A stretch of DNA of 64,000 bases, from NCBI GenBank assembly GCA_963734545.1, contig CAVTHO010000009.1, positions 1 to 64,000 on the forward strand. Reading direction: 5' to 3'. Each line of letters opens with the position of its first letter. Positions within the stretch are counted from its first letter, which is position 1. The notes below the pieces were generated by a model. It was not told the origin of the DNA. It worked only from the letters and a program-made list of their open reading frames with translations, and searched no databases. The stretch is from an uncultured Spirochaetota bacterium. GTDB lineage: Bacteria > Spirochaetota > Spirochaetia > SZUA-6 > Fen-1364. A program made the position numbers and the translations under genes. Positions 29,440 to 40,699 of this stretch are shown here, piece by piece.

Positions 29440-30395
29440 ATGAGCATGAAAACATACAGTGAAGCGGGCGTGGACATCGACCGGGGTGACCGGTTCGTGG
29501 ACTTCATCAAGGGCATTCGCTCGAAGGCCGTGGGCGCGGGCATCGGCGGATTCTCCGCGGCCCTTCCCCTGGACACCCTCGGATTCAAGCGGCCGGTGTT
29601 GATGACGACAACGGACGGCACGGGTACCAAGCTCCTGGTTGCCCGGAAACTGGGGAAGTACGACACGATCGGGATCGACCTTGTCGCAATGAACGTGAAC
29701 GATCTCATCGTGTGCGGCGCAAAGCCGATCGTCTTCCTCGACTACATCGCGTGCGGACGGATCAATGAGACCCGCCTGCAGGCCGTCATGCGCGGCATCG
29801 TACGGGGATGCGAGATCGCCGGGTGCAGCCTCGGGGGCGGGGAAACCGCGGAGATGCCTGATCTGTACGGGGAGGACGACTTCGACCTGGCCGGCTTTGC
29901 CGTCGGCATTGCCGAACAGGACGCCGTGCTGCCCCGCAAGGAGGAGATCCGGGCCGGCGACCTTGTGCTGGGCCTTCCCTCGGCGGGAATCCACTCCAAC
30001 GGGTTTTCTCTGGCGCGCAAGGTGATTCCGGAATCGGACTCGGCTGCCTGGGAGGAGATGCTGACGCCGACGCTCATCTACACCCGGGAAATGGGGATCC
30101 TGCTGGAATCCCGCCGGGTCCTCGCGGCGGCCCACATTACGGGAGGCGGGCTGTACGGAAACCTGCAGAGGGTCATACCGGACAGCCTCGCGCCACGATT
30201 CAGCTTCGACTGGAAGGTGCCTCCCCTGTTCGGAAAGATCCAGTCCCTCGGCGGCATCTCCGACCAGGAGATGCGGTCCGTTTTCAACCTGGGCATCGGG
30301 ATCGCGATGATCGCGCACCCGGGGGAAAAGGACGGGCTGGTTGCGCTCGCGGGGCGCTCGGGCTTCGAGCTGCGGGAAATCGGGGTCCTCGAGTA

Positions 30396-30396
<1 letters not shown>
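29440..30396 (+). CDS. purM: Phosphoribosylformylglycinamidine cyclo-ligase
   Basis: YSEAGVDI, DGTGTK, GGETAEMP, GIHSNGFSL and HITGGG. Confidence 0.96.
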
Positions 30397-32272
<1,876 letters not shown>

Positions 32273-32276
<4 letters not shown>

Positions 32277-32681
32277 AAGATGTCCTCTTTCTGATCGGCT
32301 CGGAGTCGGACACGCAGGCGGTGGAGCCGGGGACAAAGCTGCTCGCGGAAAAGGGAATGAGCTTCGAGCTGAAGGTTCTTTCCGCTCACCGCGATCTCGA
32401 AGAGCTCATCCTGTTCCTCAAGCAGGAAGAAGCGAACTACCGGATAGTGATAGCCGCTGCCGGTCTCTCGGCCGCGCTCCCGGGCGTTGTGGCCTCCCTC
32501 GTGAAGCTGCCCGGTGATCGGTATTCCGCTGGTTGCCGGGTCCCTCTCCGGCATGGATTCGCTCCTTTCCATCCTCCAGCTCCCCCGCGGCGTGCCGGTT
32601 GCGACAATGGGCATCGGGAAACAGGGCGTCCTCAACGCGGTGCTCCTTGCGGAAAGGATGCTGCGGATCCCCCGGGGTTGA
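32273..32681 (+). CDS. purE: AIR carboxylase / N5-CAIR mutase PurE, +1 frameshift at ~32512
   Basis: [19 protein letters not shown], then [25 protein letters not shown] in the next frame. Confidence 0.9.
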
Positions 32682-32683
32682 GC

Positions 32684-34495
32684 TCAGGCGCCCTGGCGCC
32701 TCATCAGGAGAACTGCCACCCTGTCGATGAGCCAGCCAAAACCGAGCTCGAGCCATGGGATGGCTCCGAATCTCCTCGGCACATAGACCGCGCGCCGCGG
32801 CCTCCTGAGCAGCCCGATAATGGCGTTCGCAACGACTTCAGGCCGGATGGAAAATCCTCCCACCGGAATCGAACGGCCCAGGGAGAGCCGGGACACCGTC
32901 TGGTAGAACTCTGTCAGTACCGGACCCGGCCGGACCGCGCTCACGTGGACACCGCTTCCCCGCAGCTCGCGGTGCAGCGCCGTTGTCAGGGTGTCCACGA
33001 AGGACTTCGTGGCCGAGTACAGGGCGGCCCAGGGGCTGGGGAATCCACCGACGATGGAGCTGACATTGATGACATGGCCGTATCCCCTGCCGCGCATGAG
33101 GGGCAGAAAGAGCACGATGAGCTGGGCCATCGCCGCGTTGTTCACCTGGACCATCTGCAGGGCGGTCTCCGAAGGCATGTCGGACGCGTAGCCGTACCAG
33201 CCGAAGCCGGCATTGTTCACGAGCACGTCGATCCCTTCGCCTGTCTCGACGACACGATCGTACACCACGCGCGCGGCCCCGGGCTTTGCGAGGTCCACTG
33301 CCAGGACATCCGCCTGCCCTCCTGCGGACCGTATTTCCTCGGCCAGGCGCGTCAGCCTCTCCTCGCGCCGGGCGACCAGGAGTACGCGGTAGCCCTTTCG
33401 GGCAAGCATGCGCGCCACCAGGGCGCCGATGCCGCTCGATGCGCCGGTGACGACGGCAATCCGCGCCGCACGCGTGCGCGCTTCCCTTGCCGGTGCTGCG
33501 GCGCGTTCCCGACTGGGTTCCCCGTTCGCGGCAAGCCAGTGGATGGTGTCACGCACCGTTTCGATGAAAGGCCTCGGCTGGTAGTCGAGCTCCCGCCGCG
33601 CTTTTTCACCGGAGATGAATGAATTGCTGGCCAGGGTCTCCAGCGCGTAGCGCGTGAAGCTCACCGGCTTTTTCCACAGCTTTGCGTGCCACGTCGCGAG
33701 GGTCGCTCCCGCGAGGGCCAGGGGGAAGGGGACAAGGAGATCGAGACCGGTGCGGGCCGTCAGCTTCCGCACCATGCTGATGAGCTCCGCCACGGAAACA
33801 CGCGCGCCGCGTATGATATAGGTCTCCCCCCGCCTGCCCTTCTGCGCCGCGAGGATCATAGCGCGCGCAACGTCACGCACGTCGACGAAGTCGAAGTGGC
33901 CATTTATCACGACGTGCACCCCCGGCTTCATCCACCTTCGGATCTGGGAGTTCATGGGCGAGCCGCCGTGATGATAGTAGGGACCGATGATGCCCGTGGG
34001 GCAGATGAGCACCGCGTCCAATCCCTTCTCGACTTCGGCAAGAACGGCAAGAGAAGCCTCTGCCTTGGTCTGGTCGTATTCGCCGGCGGCATTGTGCGGG
34101 TCGAAGGGAACGCGCTCGTCGACGGGTGTCCGCCGGGCCGGCCTGCCGAGCGCGTGGATGGAGCTGACGTACACCATCCTGCGCACCCCGCTCTCCCGGG
34201 CAACGCGCGCCACGTGCGACGTGCCCACCACATTGACCTGCCGCATCAGGGCGTTCCTGCCCGGCATGATCGAAATGATGCCGGCAAGGTGATAGACCAC
34301 ATCCACGCCCGCCATTGCGCCGTGAAGCGATTCGCGGTCGAGGATGTTTCCCCTCACGACCTGCAGGGGAAGCCCGTTCAGGCCGGAAATATCGTCATTG
34401 GGCAGCACGAACACTCGAACCCTTTCGCCATTTTCGAGAAGCTCCCTCACGAGAGCGCCCCCCACGTGCCCCGCCGCGCCGGTGACCAGAACCAT
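32684..34495 (-). CDS. Fusion of NAD-dependent epimerase/dehydratase (HpnA/DFR-like) and classical SDR
   Basis: N-domain VTGAAGHVG, YDQTK and FVDVRDVA; C-domain VTGASSGIG, NNAGFG and YSATK. Confidence 0.88.
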   Translation of the reverse strand: MVLVTGAAGHVGGALVRELLENGERVRVFVLPNDDISGLNGLPLQVVRGNILDRESLHGAMAGVDVVYHLAGIISIMPGRNALMRQVNVVGTSHVARVARESGVRRMVYVSSIHALGRPARRTPVDERVPFDPHNAAGEYDQTKAEASLAVLAEVEKGLDAVLICPTGIIGPYYHHGGSPMNSQIRRWMKPGVHVVINGHFDFVDVRDVARAMILAAQKGRRGETYIIRGARVSVAELISMVRKLTARTGLDLLVPFPLALAGATLATWHAKLWKKPVSFTRYALETLASNSFISGEKARRELDYQPRPFIETVRDTIHWLAANGEPSRERAAAPAREARTRAARIAVVTGASSGIGALVARMLARKGYRVLLVARREERLTRLAEEIRSAGGQADVLAVDLAKPGAARVVYDRVVETGEGIDVLVNNAGFGWYGYASDMPSETALQMVQVNNAAMAQLIVLFLPLMRGRGYGHVINVSSIVGGFPSPWAALYSATKSFVDTLTTALHRELRGSGVHVSAVRPGPVLTEFYQTVSRLSLGRSIPVGGFSIRPEVVANAIIGLLRRPRRAVYVPRRFGAIPWLELGFGWLIDRVAVLLMRRQGA

Positions 34496-34499
34496 GTTT

Positions 34500-35094
34500 C
34501 TACCTCCCGGATGACAACCCTGCAATCAGGAGCTGGAGCGCATCACGCATGACGAGGTCCCATTTCGCTCCGCCTGGATCCAGCACCCCCTGCACCACTA
34601 TTCCAACGGCCAGGGCGACGAGCGCCTGCCCCGCTGCCTGCGCGTCCACCTGGCGCAGCGAACCCTCGTCGATACCGGTCTGAATGATCTTTGCAAAGAA
34701 ATCGCGATAGCGCCTGTAGGGCGCGATGACCTCCTTCCACACGGCGGGATCGCGGCGCGCCTGCTGCCAGAACTCGAGGAAGAGCGGCACCTTCCCGTCC
34801 GCCGCGGCAAAGACGCCCCGCATCTCCGCGGCCATGGCCAGGAGGCCTTCCGGGCACATTGGAGGAGGCGCTCATGGCCATGCCCATCTCCGTGTCGAGG
34901 CCCTGCAGCCATTCCTGCAACAGCTCGAGGAAAACCGCCTGCTTGCTCGGGAAGTGATGGTAGAAGGCACCCTTGCTCACTTCCGAGGACTCACAGATCT
35001 CGGCTACTCCCGTTGCGTCGTAGCCTTTGTCCGCGAACAGCTTGAGGGCTGACTGGATGATCCTGCCGCGAGTCTCTTCGCTCCGTGTCTGCAT
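34500..35094 (-). CDS. TetR/AcrR family regulator, +1 frameshift at ~34852
   Basis: HTH GVAEICESSEVSKGAFYHHFPSKQ; the C-domain lies in ORF 34500-34859. Confidence 0.88.
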
Positions 35095-35114
35095 ATCCGC
35101 CTTTCAAAAACCAG

Positions 35115-35160
35115 ACCGACCGGTCGGTATGAATATAGCGCAAACAAATACTCTTGTAAA
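35115..35160 (-). promoter_or_regulatory. tetR promoter with a perfect 14-bp palindromic operator
   Basis: TTTACA(35160-35155)-N17-TATATT(35137-35132). ACCGACCGGTCGGT at 35115-35128 covers the predicted +1. Confidence 0.78.
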
Positions 35161-35184
35161 GAGGTAAGCTCGAAAGATCTGGAG

Positions 35185-35931
35185 CTATTTTCCGGCCAGG
35201 TGGGGAAATTCCTGCTGCCTGCGGGCTTCGAACAGGAGGATACCGGCAGCGACAGATACGTTGAAGGAATCCACGTGGCCGGCAGCGGGGATGCTCACCA
35301 GGAAATCGCACTTCTCCCGCACGAGCCTGTGCATGCCGGTGCCTTCGCTGCCCATGACGATGCAGACCTTGCCTTTGAGATCGACCTTGTCCGTGGTCTC
35401 TCCCGACGCATCCGCGCCGAATATCCAGAACCCGTTTTCCTTCAGGAGCTCGAGGGCGGAGGTGAGGTTCGGAACAACGGCCAGGGGGACATACTCGCTT
35501 GCGCCGGAGGATACCTTGTTCACTGTCTGGCTTTCCTGTGCCGATCGGCGGGACGGGATGATGACCAGCTCTGCCTGGAACTGGTCGGCGGAGCGGAGGA
35601 TCGCCCCGAGATTCTGCGGATCCGTGATGCCGTCCAGGACCAGCACGAGCGCCTTTTCTCCGGTCAAGGCTTTCAGGTGATGTTTCAGGCTGCTTTTCTG
35701 CGAAGAGGGAGCCCTCTCCAGCACCAGCAACGCGCCGCGATGCGCATCCGATCCGCACAGGCGAGTGAGCTCATCCTCCGCCACCTCGGAGACGGGCACG
35801 CCCTTCTTCTCGGCAAGCGCGCGGATCTGACTGAGACGCGAGTTCTCCCGTGAAAGGAACAGTGTACCGCCCCCTACTCCTTTGCGCAGTGTCTCTTCGA
35901 TCGAATGGAATCCGAATATGTGCTCCGCCAA
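35185..35931 (-). CDS. rlmB: 23S rRNA (guanosine-2'-O)-methyltransferase (TrmH/SpoU family)
   Basis: LDGITDPQNLGAILRSA, MGSEGTG and SFNVSVAAGI. Confidence 0.92.
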   Translation of the reverse strand: MAEHIFGFHSIEETLRKGVGGGTLFLSRENSRLSQIRALAEKKGVPVSEVAEDELTRLCGSDAHRGALLVLERAPSSQKSSLKHHLKALTGEKALVLVLDGITDPQNLGAILRSADQFQAELVIIPSRRSAQESQTVNKVSSGASEYVPLAVVPNLTSALELLKENGFWIFGADASGETTDKVDLKGKVCIVMGSEGTGMHRLVREKCDFLVSIPAAGHVDSFNVSVAAGILLFEARRQQEFPHLAGK

Positions 35932-35934
35932 TCG

Positions 35935-36360
35935 TCACTTCCCCCCGAAGTCGCGCACCACATCGGGCTTGCCGTCGCCATCCATGTCGCGCTCGTACCG
36001 CTGGACGTACGTGCCGTCCAGAAGGTACACGATGATGTCGATCCTGCCGTCGAAGTGGGTGTCGAGCTCCTCGCGCTGCAGGACCCCGTCTTTGTAATAG
36101 TAGAAAGTGTCCATTTTCCCGTCGAAGTTGAAGTCCAGCTCCTCGCGGGCGACCTTTCCTTTTGCGTCATAGTATACCCTGTAATCGTTGACGCCGTCTG
36201 CGTTCCTGTCGAGCTCTATGAACCCGTTAGGAGCGCCCTGGGGGAGGAGCGGCGCAGGGGCGGGGGGCACCGCAGCGCTTCCGGAGGCAGCCTTGTCCAG
36301 AGCGGACAGGCCGGCGGCCGCAAGCAGGCAGAGAAGGACCAGGGGAATGGCTTTCGTCAT
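35935..36360 (-). CDS. Secreted protein with four DxxxDGxxD (EF-hand-like) repeats
   Basis: Signal peptide followed by ELDRNADGVND, ELDFNFDGKMD, ELDTHFDGRID and ERDMDGDGKPD. Confidence 0.75.
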   Translation of the reverse strand: MTKAIPLVLLCLLAAAGLSALDKAASGSAAVPPAPAPLLPQGAPNGFIELDRNADGVNDYRVYYDAKGKVAREELDFNFDGKMDTFYYYKDGVLQREELDTHFDGRIDIIVYLLDGTYVQRYERDMDGDGKPDVVRDFGGK

Positions 36361-36403
36361 GCTTCCCCATCGACACGGAAGCTCTTAATATTGAAACGAA
36401 CGG

Positions 36404-37264
36404 CTATTCCTTTCGGAAAACCAGCACGTTCTGGTGTATCAGCGACGGAATGTAGGAGTACTGGTAGCCGTAGAGATGCAGCTTTTTCGACACATCGTAC
36501 CAGACGATGTTCGCCTTCCACGCCAGCCGGGGGAGGGAAGAAAGAACCGCGGCAAGCTCCGCGGAAAGGCAGTGATAGCGATTCTCGCGATACATGTCCC
36601 CGATGAACGTCACCAGGTAGCCGTTCGGCTTCAGCAGATCCGAGGCCAGCGCAAAAATCTCGCGCATCCGTTCCAGCCATTCAGTCTTCGAGGCGTACGG
36701 GACTCCATGGAAAGGCGACAGCTTGCTCGCCCGCGCGGGCCGCGCCCGCTCCCCCACCCGCTTGAAAGATCCGCGCGATCTCGCGGCGGTGTCCATCTTC
36801 CAGTACGGCACGTCGGTGAGGATACAGTCGAAGCACCTGCCCGCCAGGCCGCGCAGCGCGTCCCGCGCGTCCCCCTGCAGGGTTTCCTGCCGGGCCATGC
36901 CCTCCCGCTCGCACACCTCGTGATAGACTTCGATCCATTCGGGGTTGAGCTCCACGCCGAGGGCCTTTCGACCGCAGAGCGTGGCGCCCAGCAGGACCCC
37001 GCCGACGCCCATGAACGGATCCAGCACGCTCTGGCCCGACTTGGTGAACGCGCGCAGGAGGTCCGCGCAGAGCTCCGGCGGCTTCTGGCCGCCGTGCCGG
37101 CTGCGGAGCGCGTGCTGCAGGTTGGGAGGATAGGGCTTGGTGATCACCGACCGTGTCCAGAACACCCATTCCCGACCGGTGAGGTCGTTGACCCTGTTGT
37201 CTTCAGAATAAAAGCCGCGTGACTCTCCATTCGCGTCGAGAAGCTCTTTCTTGCTTCGCCGCAT
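36404..37264 (-). CDS. DNA amino-methyltransferase (N6/N4 family, permuted order)
   Basis: HGGQKPPELC..FTKSGQSVLDPFMGVG (motif I) precedes ILTDVPYW (motif IV variant); also NIVWYD and IHQNVLVFRK. Confidence 0.8.
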   Translation of the reverse strand: MRRSKKELLDANGESRGFYSEDNRVNDLTGREWVFWTRSVITKPYPPNLQHALRSRHGGQKPPELCADLLRAFTKSGQSVLDPFMGVGGVLLGATLCGRKALGVELNPEWIEVYHEVCEREGMARQETLQGDARDALRGLAGRCFDCILTDVPYWKMDTAARSRGSFKRVGERARPARASKLSPFHGVPYASKTEWLERMREIFALASDLLKPNGYLVTFIGDMYRENRYHCLSAELAAVLSSLPRLAWKANIVWYDVSKKLHLYGYQYSYIPSLIHQNVLVFRKE

Positions 37265-37270
37265 CGTGCC

Positions 37271-38326
37271 CTACCGACCTGTCGCCATGTGAAACAGATA
37301 CTCGATGACGCTGCGCCGCACCGAAACGCCTGCGCCGTTTCCGAAGACGGGATAGGGGATTTCCATTACCCGGGTTTCACCCCGGGATGAAAGAATGGCG
37401 AGGATTTCCTCCCGGGAGAGGATGCCCTCAGAGCTGTACGAGAGAAAGACGTGCGCCGCGCGCGTTCCCGCAACGAGCTGCCGGAGAGCCTCGGCCGCGT
37501 GCGCCCTCCGGGAAAATGGACTCCGCAGCATCGCCCTGTCGAACTTGCGCGTCTTTCCGTACAAGGGCGGCTTCTCCCAGCGGGCGAGGTTTTCCAGCAC
37601 GTGGTAGTTGTCGCAGTACTGCCTGCCGTTGTAGGGAGGGTCGTAGTAGGCCACATCCGCCGCCATGACAGGCGCGAGCCTCACCATGTCACCTTCGACC
37701 ACCTCGAGGTCGATGCCGGGGAAGGGCTCGAGCGGCCGCAGGAGAAAAGGCGTCCCGACTCTCTCGTCCACGAGGTGCCTTCCGCCGATCCTGTTCTCCG
37801 CTCCGATGTTCTTGAGAAATGCATCGTACTGGCCGAGGGTGTTCGCGACCCTGTCCGCCGCGAGCAGGAAGCTGGACAGCAGCGCATCCTGCTCCCCTTC
37901 GGTTATCTCCCCGCCTGCGCGCCTGCGCGCGATCTCCTCCCGAATGGCGTCCATGCGGCCGCAGTTTTCCGCGGTGAAGTACGTGCCCGCATAGCTCGCC
38001 GAAATGTAGCCCGACAGGGACGGGAGCGCATTGAGCTGCTCCACCAGGGCGGGAATCCGGCGGCTCGTCTCCTGGAACCCGCGCAGTATGACGCAGTTCG
38101 ATCTCAGCATGTCCACGGCAACGACGTGGACGGCTCCCCGGGCTGCCATGGTCAGCCCTATCGCCCCGGTACCGCAGAATCCGTCAATGAATGTGCGGGG
38201 AGCTCCGACACTGCTCCAGATGCGGTCCACGATCCACTGCCTCAGGAGCCTCTTGGAGCCGAGATACTTGCGGGTGTAGGGGAGAAGGGGTGCTTCAGCC
38301 CTTTCGCGAATCGTCGATGCGCTCAA
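37271..38326 (-). CDS. D12-class N6-adenine DNA methyltransferase (M.NlaIII/M.FokI-like)
   Basis: RKYLGSKRLL, FIDGFCGTGAI, YYDPPYNGRQY..NYHVLE and FLSYSSEG. Start uncertain (TTG 38326). Confidence 0.85.
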   Translation of the reverse strand: MSASTIRERAEAPLLPYTRKYLGSKRLLRQWIVDRIWSSVGAPRTFIDGFCGTGAIGLTMAARGAVHVVAVDMLRSNCVILRGFQETSRRIPALVEQLNALPSLSGYISASYAGTYFTAENCGRMDAIREEIARRRAGGEITEGEQDALLSSFLLAADRVANTLGQYDAFLKNIGAENRIGGRHLVDERVGTPFLLRPLEPFPGIDLEVVEGDMVRLAPVMAADVAYYDPPYNGRQYCDNYHVLENLARWEKPPLYGKTRKFDRAMLRSPFSRRAHAAEALRQLVAGTRAAHVFLSYSSEGILSREEILAILSSRGETRVMEIPYPVFGNGAGVSVRRSVIEYLFHMATGR

Positions 38327-38714
38327 TGAGCTCGTTGACCCTTTCCGCGAGGTCGGGGAATGCGTCCCGTTTGCGCGTGCGCACCCGCACCCCCTTCTCG
38401 CCCGCGAGCACCCGTTCGATGTCGACCTCGATCCGGTAGACCGGTCCGGCGATCCTGTGTGTCGCAAGAATTCCCACGACGATGAAAAGGAGCATGATTG
38501 CCAGGTCGTTGAGCAGCAACGGAGGAAGGATCACCAGAAGGAGCTCGGCCCGGGCTGCGCCTCCCGCCGCGTGTGCCAGCAGGTAATAGAGCGCCGTGCC
38601 GGCGGCGAAAACGAGCAATCCGGCAAGGACGATCGCCAAAGAGAAGGCGATCGTGCCATACTGGAATCTCCCGTCGATGACCTTGATCCGTCGCACGTTC
38701 CTGTTGCCTTCCAT
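38295..38714 (-). CDS. Small two-TM protein with HAMP-like segment
   Basis: Two TM helices followed by THRIAGPVYRIE...RKRDAFPDLAERVNEL. Confidence 0.75.
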   Translation of the reverse strand: MEGNRNVRRIKVIDGRFQYGTIAFSLAIVLAGLLVFAAGTALYYLLAHAAGGAARAELLLVILPPLLLNDLAIMLLFIVVGILATHRIAGPVYRIEVDIERVLAGEKGVRVRTRKRDAFPDLAERVNELIERIDDSRKG

Positions 38715-38723
38715 GAAATTGCC

Positions 38724-39809
38724 TCAGCCTTCGTACGTGCGCGCGCGCGTTTCGCCCAGGAGCACGTCACGCGCACCCATGGCGAGCGCCTCGAGCTCGT
38801 TTTCACCGGGGAATTGAAGAATCGGGGCGAGGAATGAGACGCGCAGGGAGATCTCCCGAACGACGCGCGGCGAGAATGCCAGGCCACCGGTGAGAACAAT
38901 TGCGTCGAGCCTGCCGCTGGTGAAGGCGGCAAGCGCGGCGATGGATTTCGCGATCTGGTAGCAGAGCGCGCGGATCAGCTCATCACTGAGCCGCGCGTCG
39001 AGCTCTCCGTTGCCCTCCGCGGACCGCTCGATGAGAGTGAACTCGTTGGTGCCGAGGTAGGCGACAAGCCCCCCTTTGCCCGCCAGCATGAGCTGGAGAG
39101 CCAGCGGGTCGTGCTGGTGGGACAGGATCCAGCGCATCCAGTCCCCCGCGGGCACCGTGCCTGCCCGCTCGATGGCAAAGGGTCCCTCGCCGTCCAGGGC
39201 GTTGTTCACGTCCACCACCCTGCCGTTGATGTGGATGCCGACGGAGATGCCTCCGCCCATGTGGGCGACGATCATCGCACATTCCGCGTAGGACTTGCCG
39301 ATGCTGCGTGCGGCCATTCTCGCCGTGGCTTTCTGGTTCAGGGCATGGAAAATGGAGCGGCGGGGAATTTCCGGAATTCCCGTGTAGCGGGCCAGCGGAT
39401 CCAGCTCGTCCACCACGACAGGGTCCACGATGAATGCCCGGACGCCGATTTCCGAGGCGAGAGAATCCGCAAGAAGCGCGCCGAGATTCGAGGCATGAAT
39501 ACCGTACTTGCAGGAAGCGAGATCCGACTTCATGCGTTCGTTGACTTCGTACACTCCGCCTTCCATGGGCTTGAGCAGTCCGCCCCTGCCGACAATGGCC
39601 GAGATGTCGGCGAACGGTATCCCCGCTTCCCTGATTCCCTCACGGACCGCCGTGCTTCTCATTTCCAGTTGATCGGTGATTCTGCGGTGCCGGGCGAGGT
39701 CCTCGGGCCTGTGAGTGACGCCTTTCTTCCACACCTCCGCGGTGTCATTGTAGATGGCGCACTTGGTGGAGGTGGACCCGGGATTGATGGCAAGAATCGT
39801 GAAGCTCAT
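38724..39809 (-). CDS. buk: Butyrate kinase
   Basis: LAINPGSTSTK, VGRGGLL, HASNLG, VDPVVVDE, HALNQKA, HMGGGISVG and GENELEALA. Confidence 0.95.
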   Translation of the reverse strand: MSFTILAINPGSTSTKCAIYNDTAEVWKKGVTHRPEDLARHRRITDQLEMRSTAVREGIREAGIPFADISAIVGRGGLLKPMEGGVYEVNERMKSDLASCKYGIHASNLGALLADSLASEIGVRAFIVDPVVVDELDPLARYTGIPEIPRRSIFHALNQKATARMAARSIGKSYAECAMIVAHMGGGISVGIHINGRVVDVNNALDGEGPFAIERAGTVPAGDWMRWILSHQHDPLALQLMLAGKGGLVAYLGTNEFTLIERSAEGNGELDARLSDELIRALCYQIAKSIAALAAFTSGRLDAIVLTGGLAFSPRVVREISLRVSFLAPILQFPGENELEALAMGARDVLLGETRARTYEG

Positions 39810-39861
39810 CCACGGCAATACTACCAGCGGGACGGAGCAGGTTTCAAGGTCGGGCGAGACG

Positions 39862-39992
39862 GCAAATGCCACGGTGTACCGTGGCCGCAAATGCCACGGT
39901 GTACCGTGGCCGCAAAATGCCACGGTGTACCGTGGCCGCAAAATGCCACGGTGTACCGTGGCCGCAAAATGCCACGGTGTACCGTGGCCGCA
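39862..39992. repeat. Tandem array of 5 palindromic units (25-26-bp period), REP/BIME-like
   Basis: GCCACGGT-GT-ACCGTGGC at 39868, 39893, 39919, 39945 and 39971, separated by CGCAAA(A)T. Confidence 0.95.
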
Positions 39993-40077
39993 GTGATGAA
40001 TTTCAGCTCCCCGCGTGTTATATTGGTAGGCAAAAGCGACAGTCAATCCCGGTGGCGGGAATCGAGGAGGATATCAG

Positions 40078-40683
40078 ATGAAGAAGCTATTGATGCCGCT
40101 GACGGTGGTCGCGCTGCTGGCGCTGGCTGTCCCCGCGGCGTTCGCGGAGTGGGAACTGGGAATCGGGCTCACGCCCATCCAGGACACGACGTCAGCCGAC
40201 CCGAGAGCAGTCGACGGGATCCTCAATTTTCACGTCGGGTACAGCTGGTCGATCCTCTATGCGACCTGGGACGCATTTGCCATGCCCAACTACTGGGTGT
40301 ACAACGCAACATCATTCGTCGATCCGGTCCACGGATCGTATTACCCGGGCGCCGACGTGCCCGGATTCCTGAACCTGTTCGACGTGGGCATCAAGATCTA
40401 CCTGCGTCCCTTCATAGGGTATGCAGAAATCGGAACAAACATGCTCTATCTGTACGGCGGCCAGATCTACAAAGATCCGTACGGCAACCTGGGCGTGGGT
40501 GTCAATGGCCGGTTGGGTGCGGGAGTCAGGTTCGGAATGTGGGGAGTGAACATCTCGGGCACCCAGGTGTTTGCCTCGTGGTATGACCTGAGGGCGGCCC
40601 TCGACCAGGCCTTCCATCACGGGAACACCGCCGAGTTGACGGCCGGCAGCGTACTGAGCCTCAACTTCACGCTCTACTTCTGA
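40078..40683 (+). CDS. Putative small outer-membrane beta-barrel protein
   Basis: RBS GAGGAGG, signal peptide ending AFA, alternating amphipathic strands and a C-terminal LNFTLYF. Confidence 0.7.
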   Translation: MKKLLMPLTVVALLALAVPAAFAEWELGIGLTPIQDTTSADPRAVDGILNFHVGYSWSILYATWDAFAMPNYWVYNATSFVDPVHGSYYPGADVPGFLNLFDVGIKIYLRPFIGYAEIGTNMLYLYGGQIYKDPYGNLGVGVNGRLGAGVRFGMWGVNISGTQVFASWYDLRAALDQAFHHGNTAELTAGSVLSLNFTLYF

Positions 40684-40699
40684 CAAGGGAGGACAGAAC

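Noticed and set aside
39862-39992. CRISPR array
   Set aside because: The repeats are separated only by a constant 7-8-bp linker; there are no unique spacers and no cas genes in the window.
39810-40046. N-terminal extension of butyrate kinase (ORF-track start 40046) and small ORFs over the repeat
   Set aside because: These are translations of the tandem palindrome; Buk homology begins at MSFTILAINPGSTSTK (39809).
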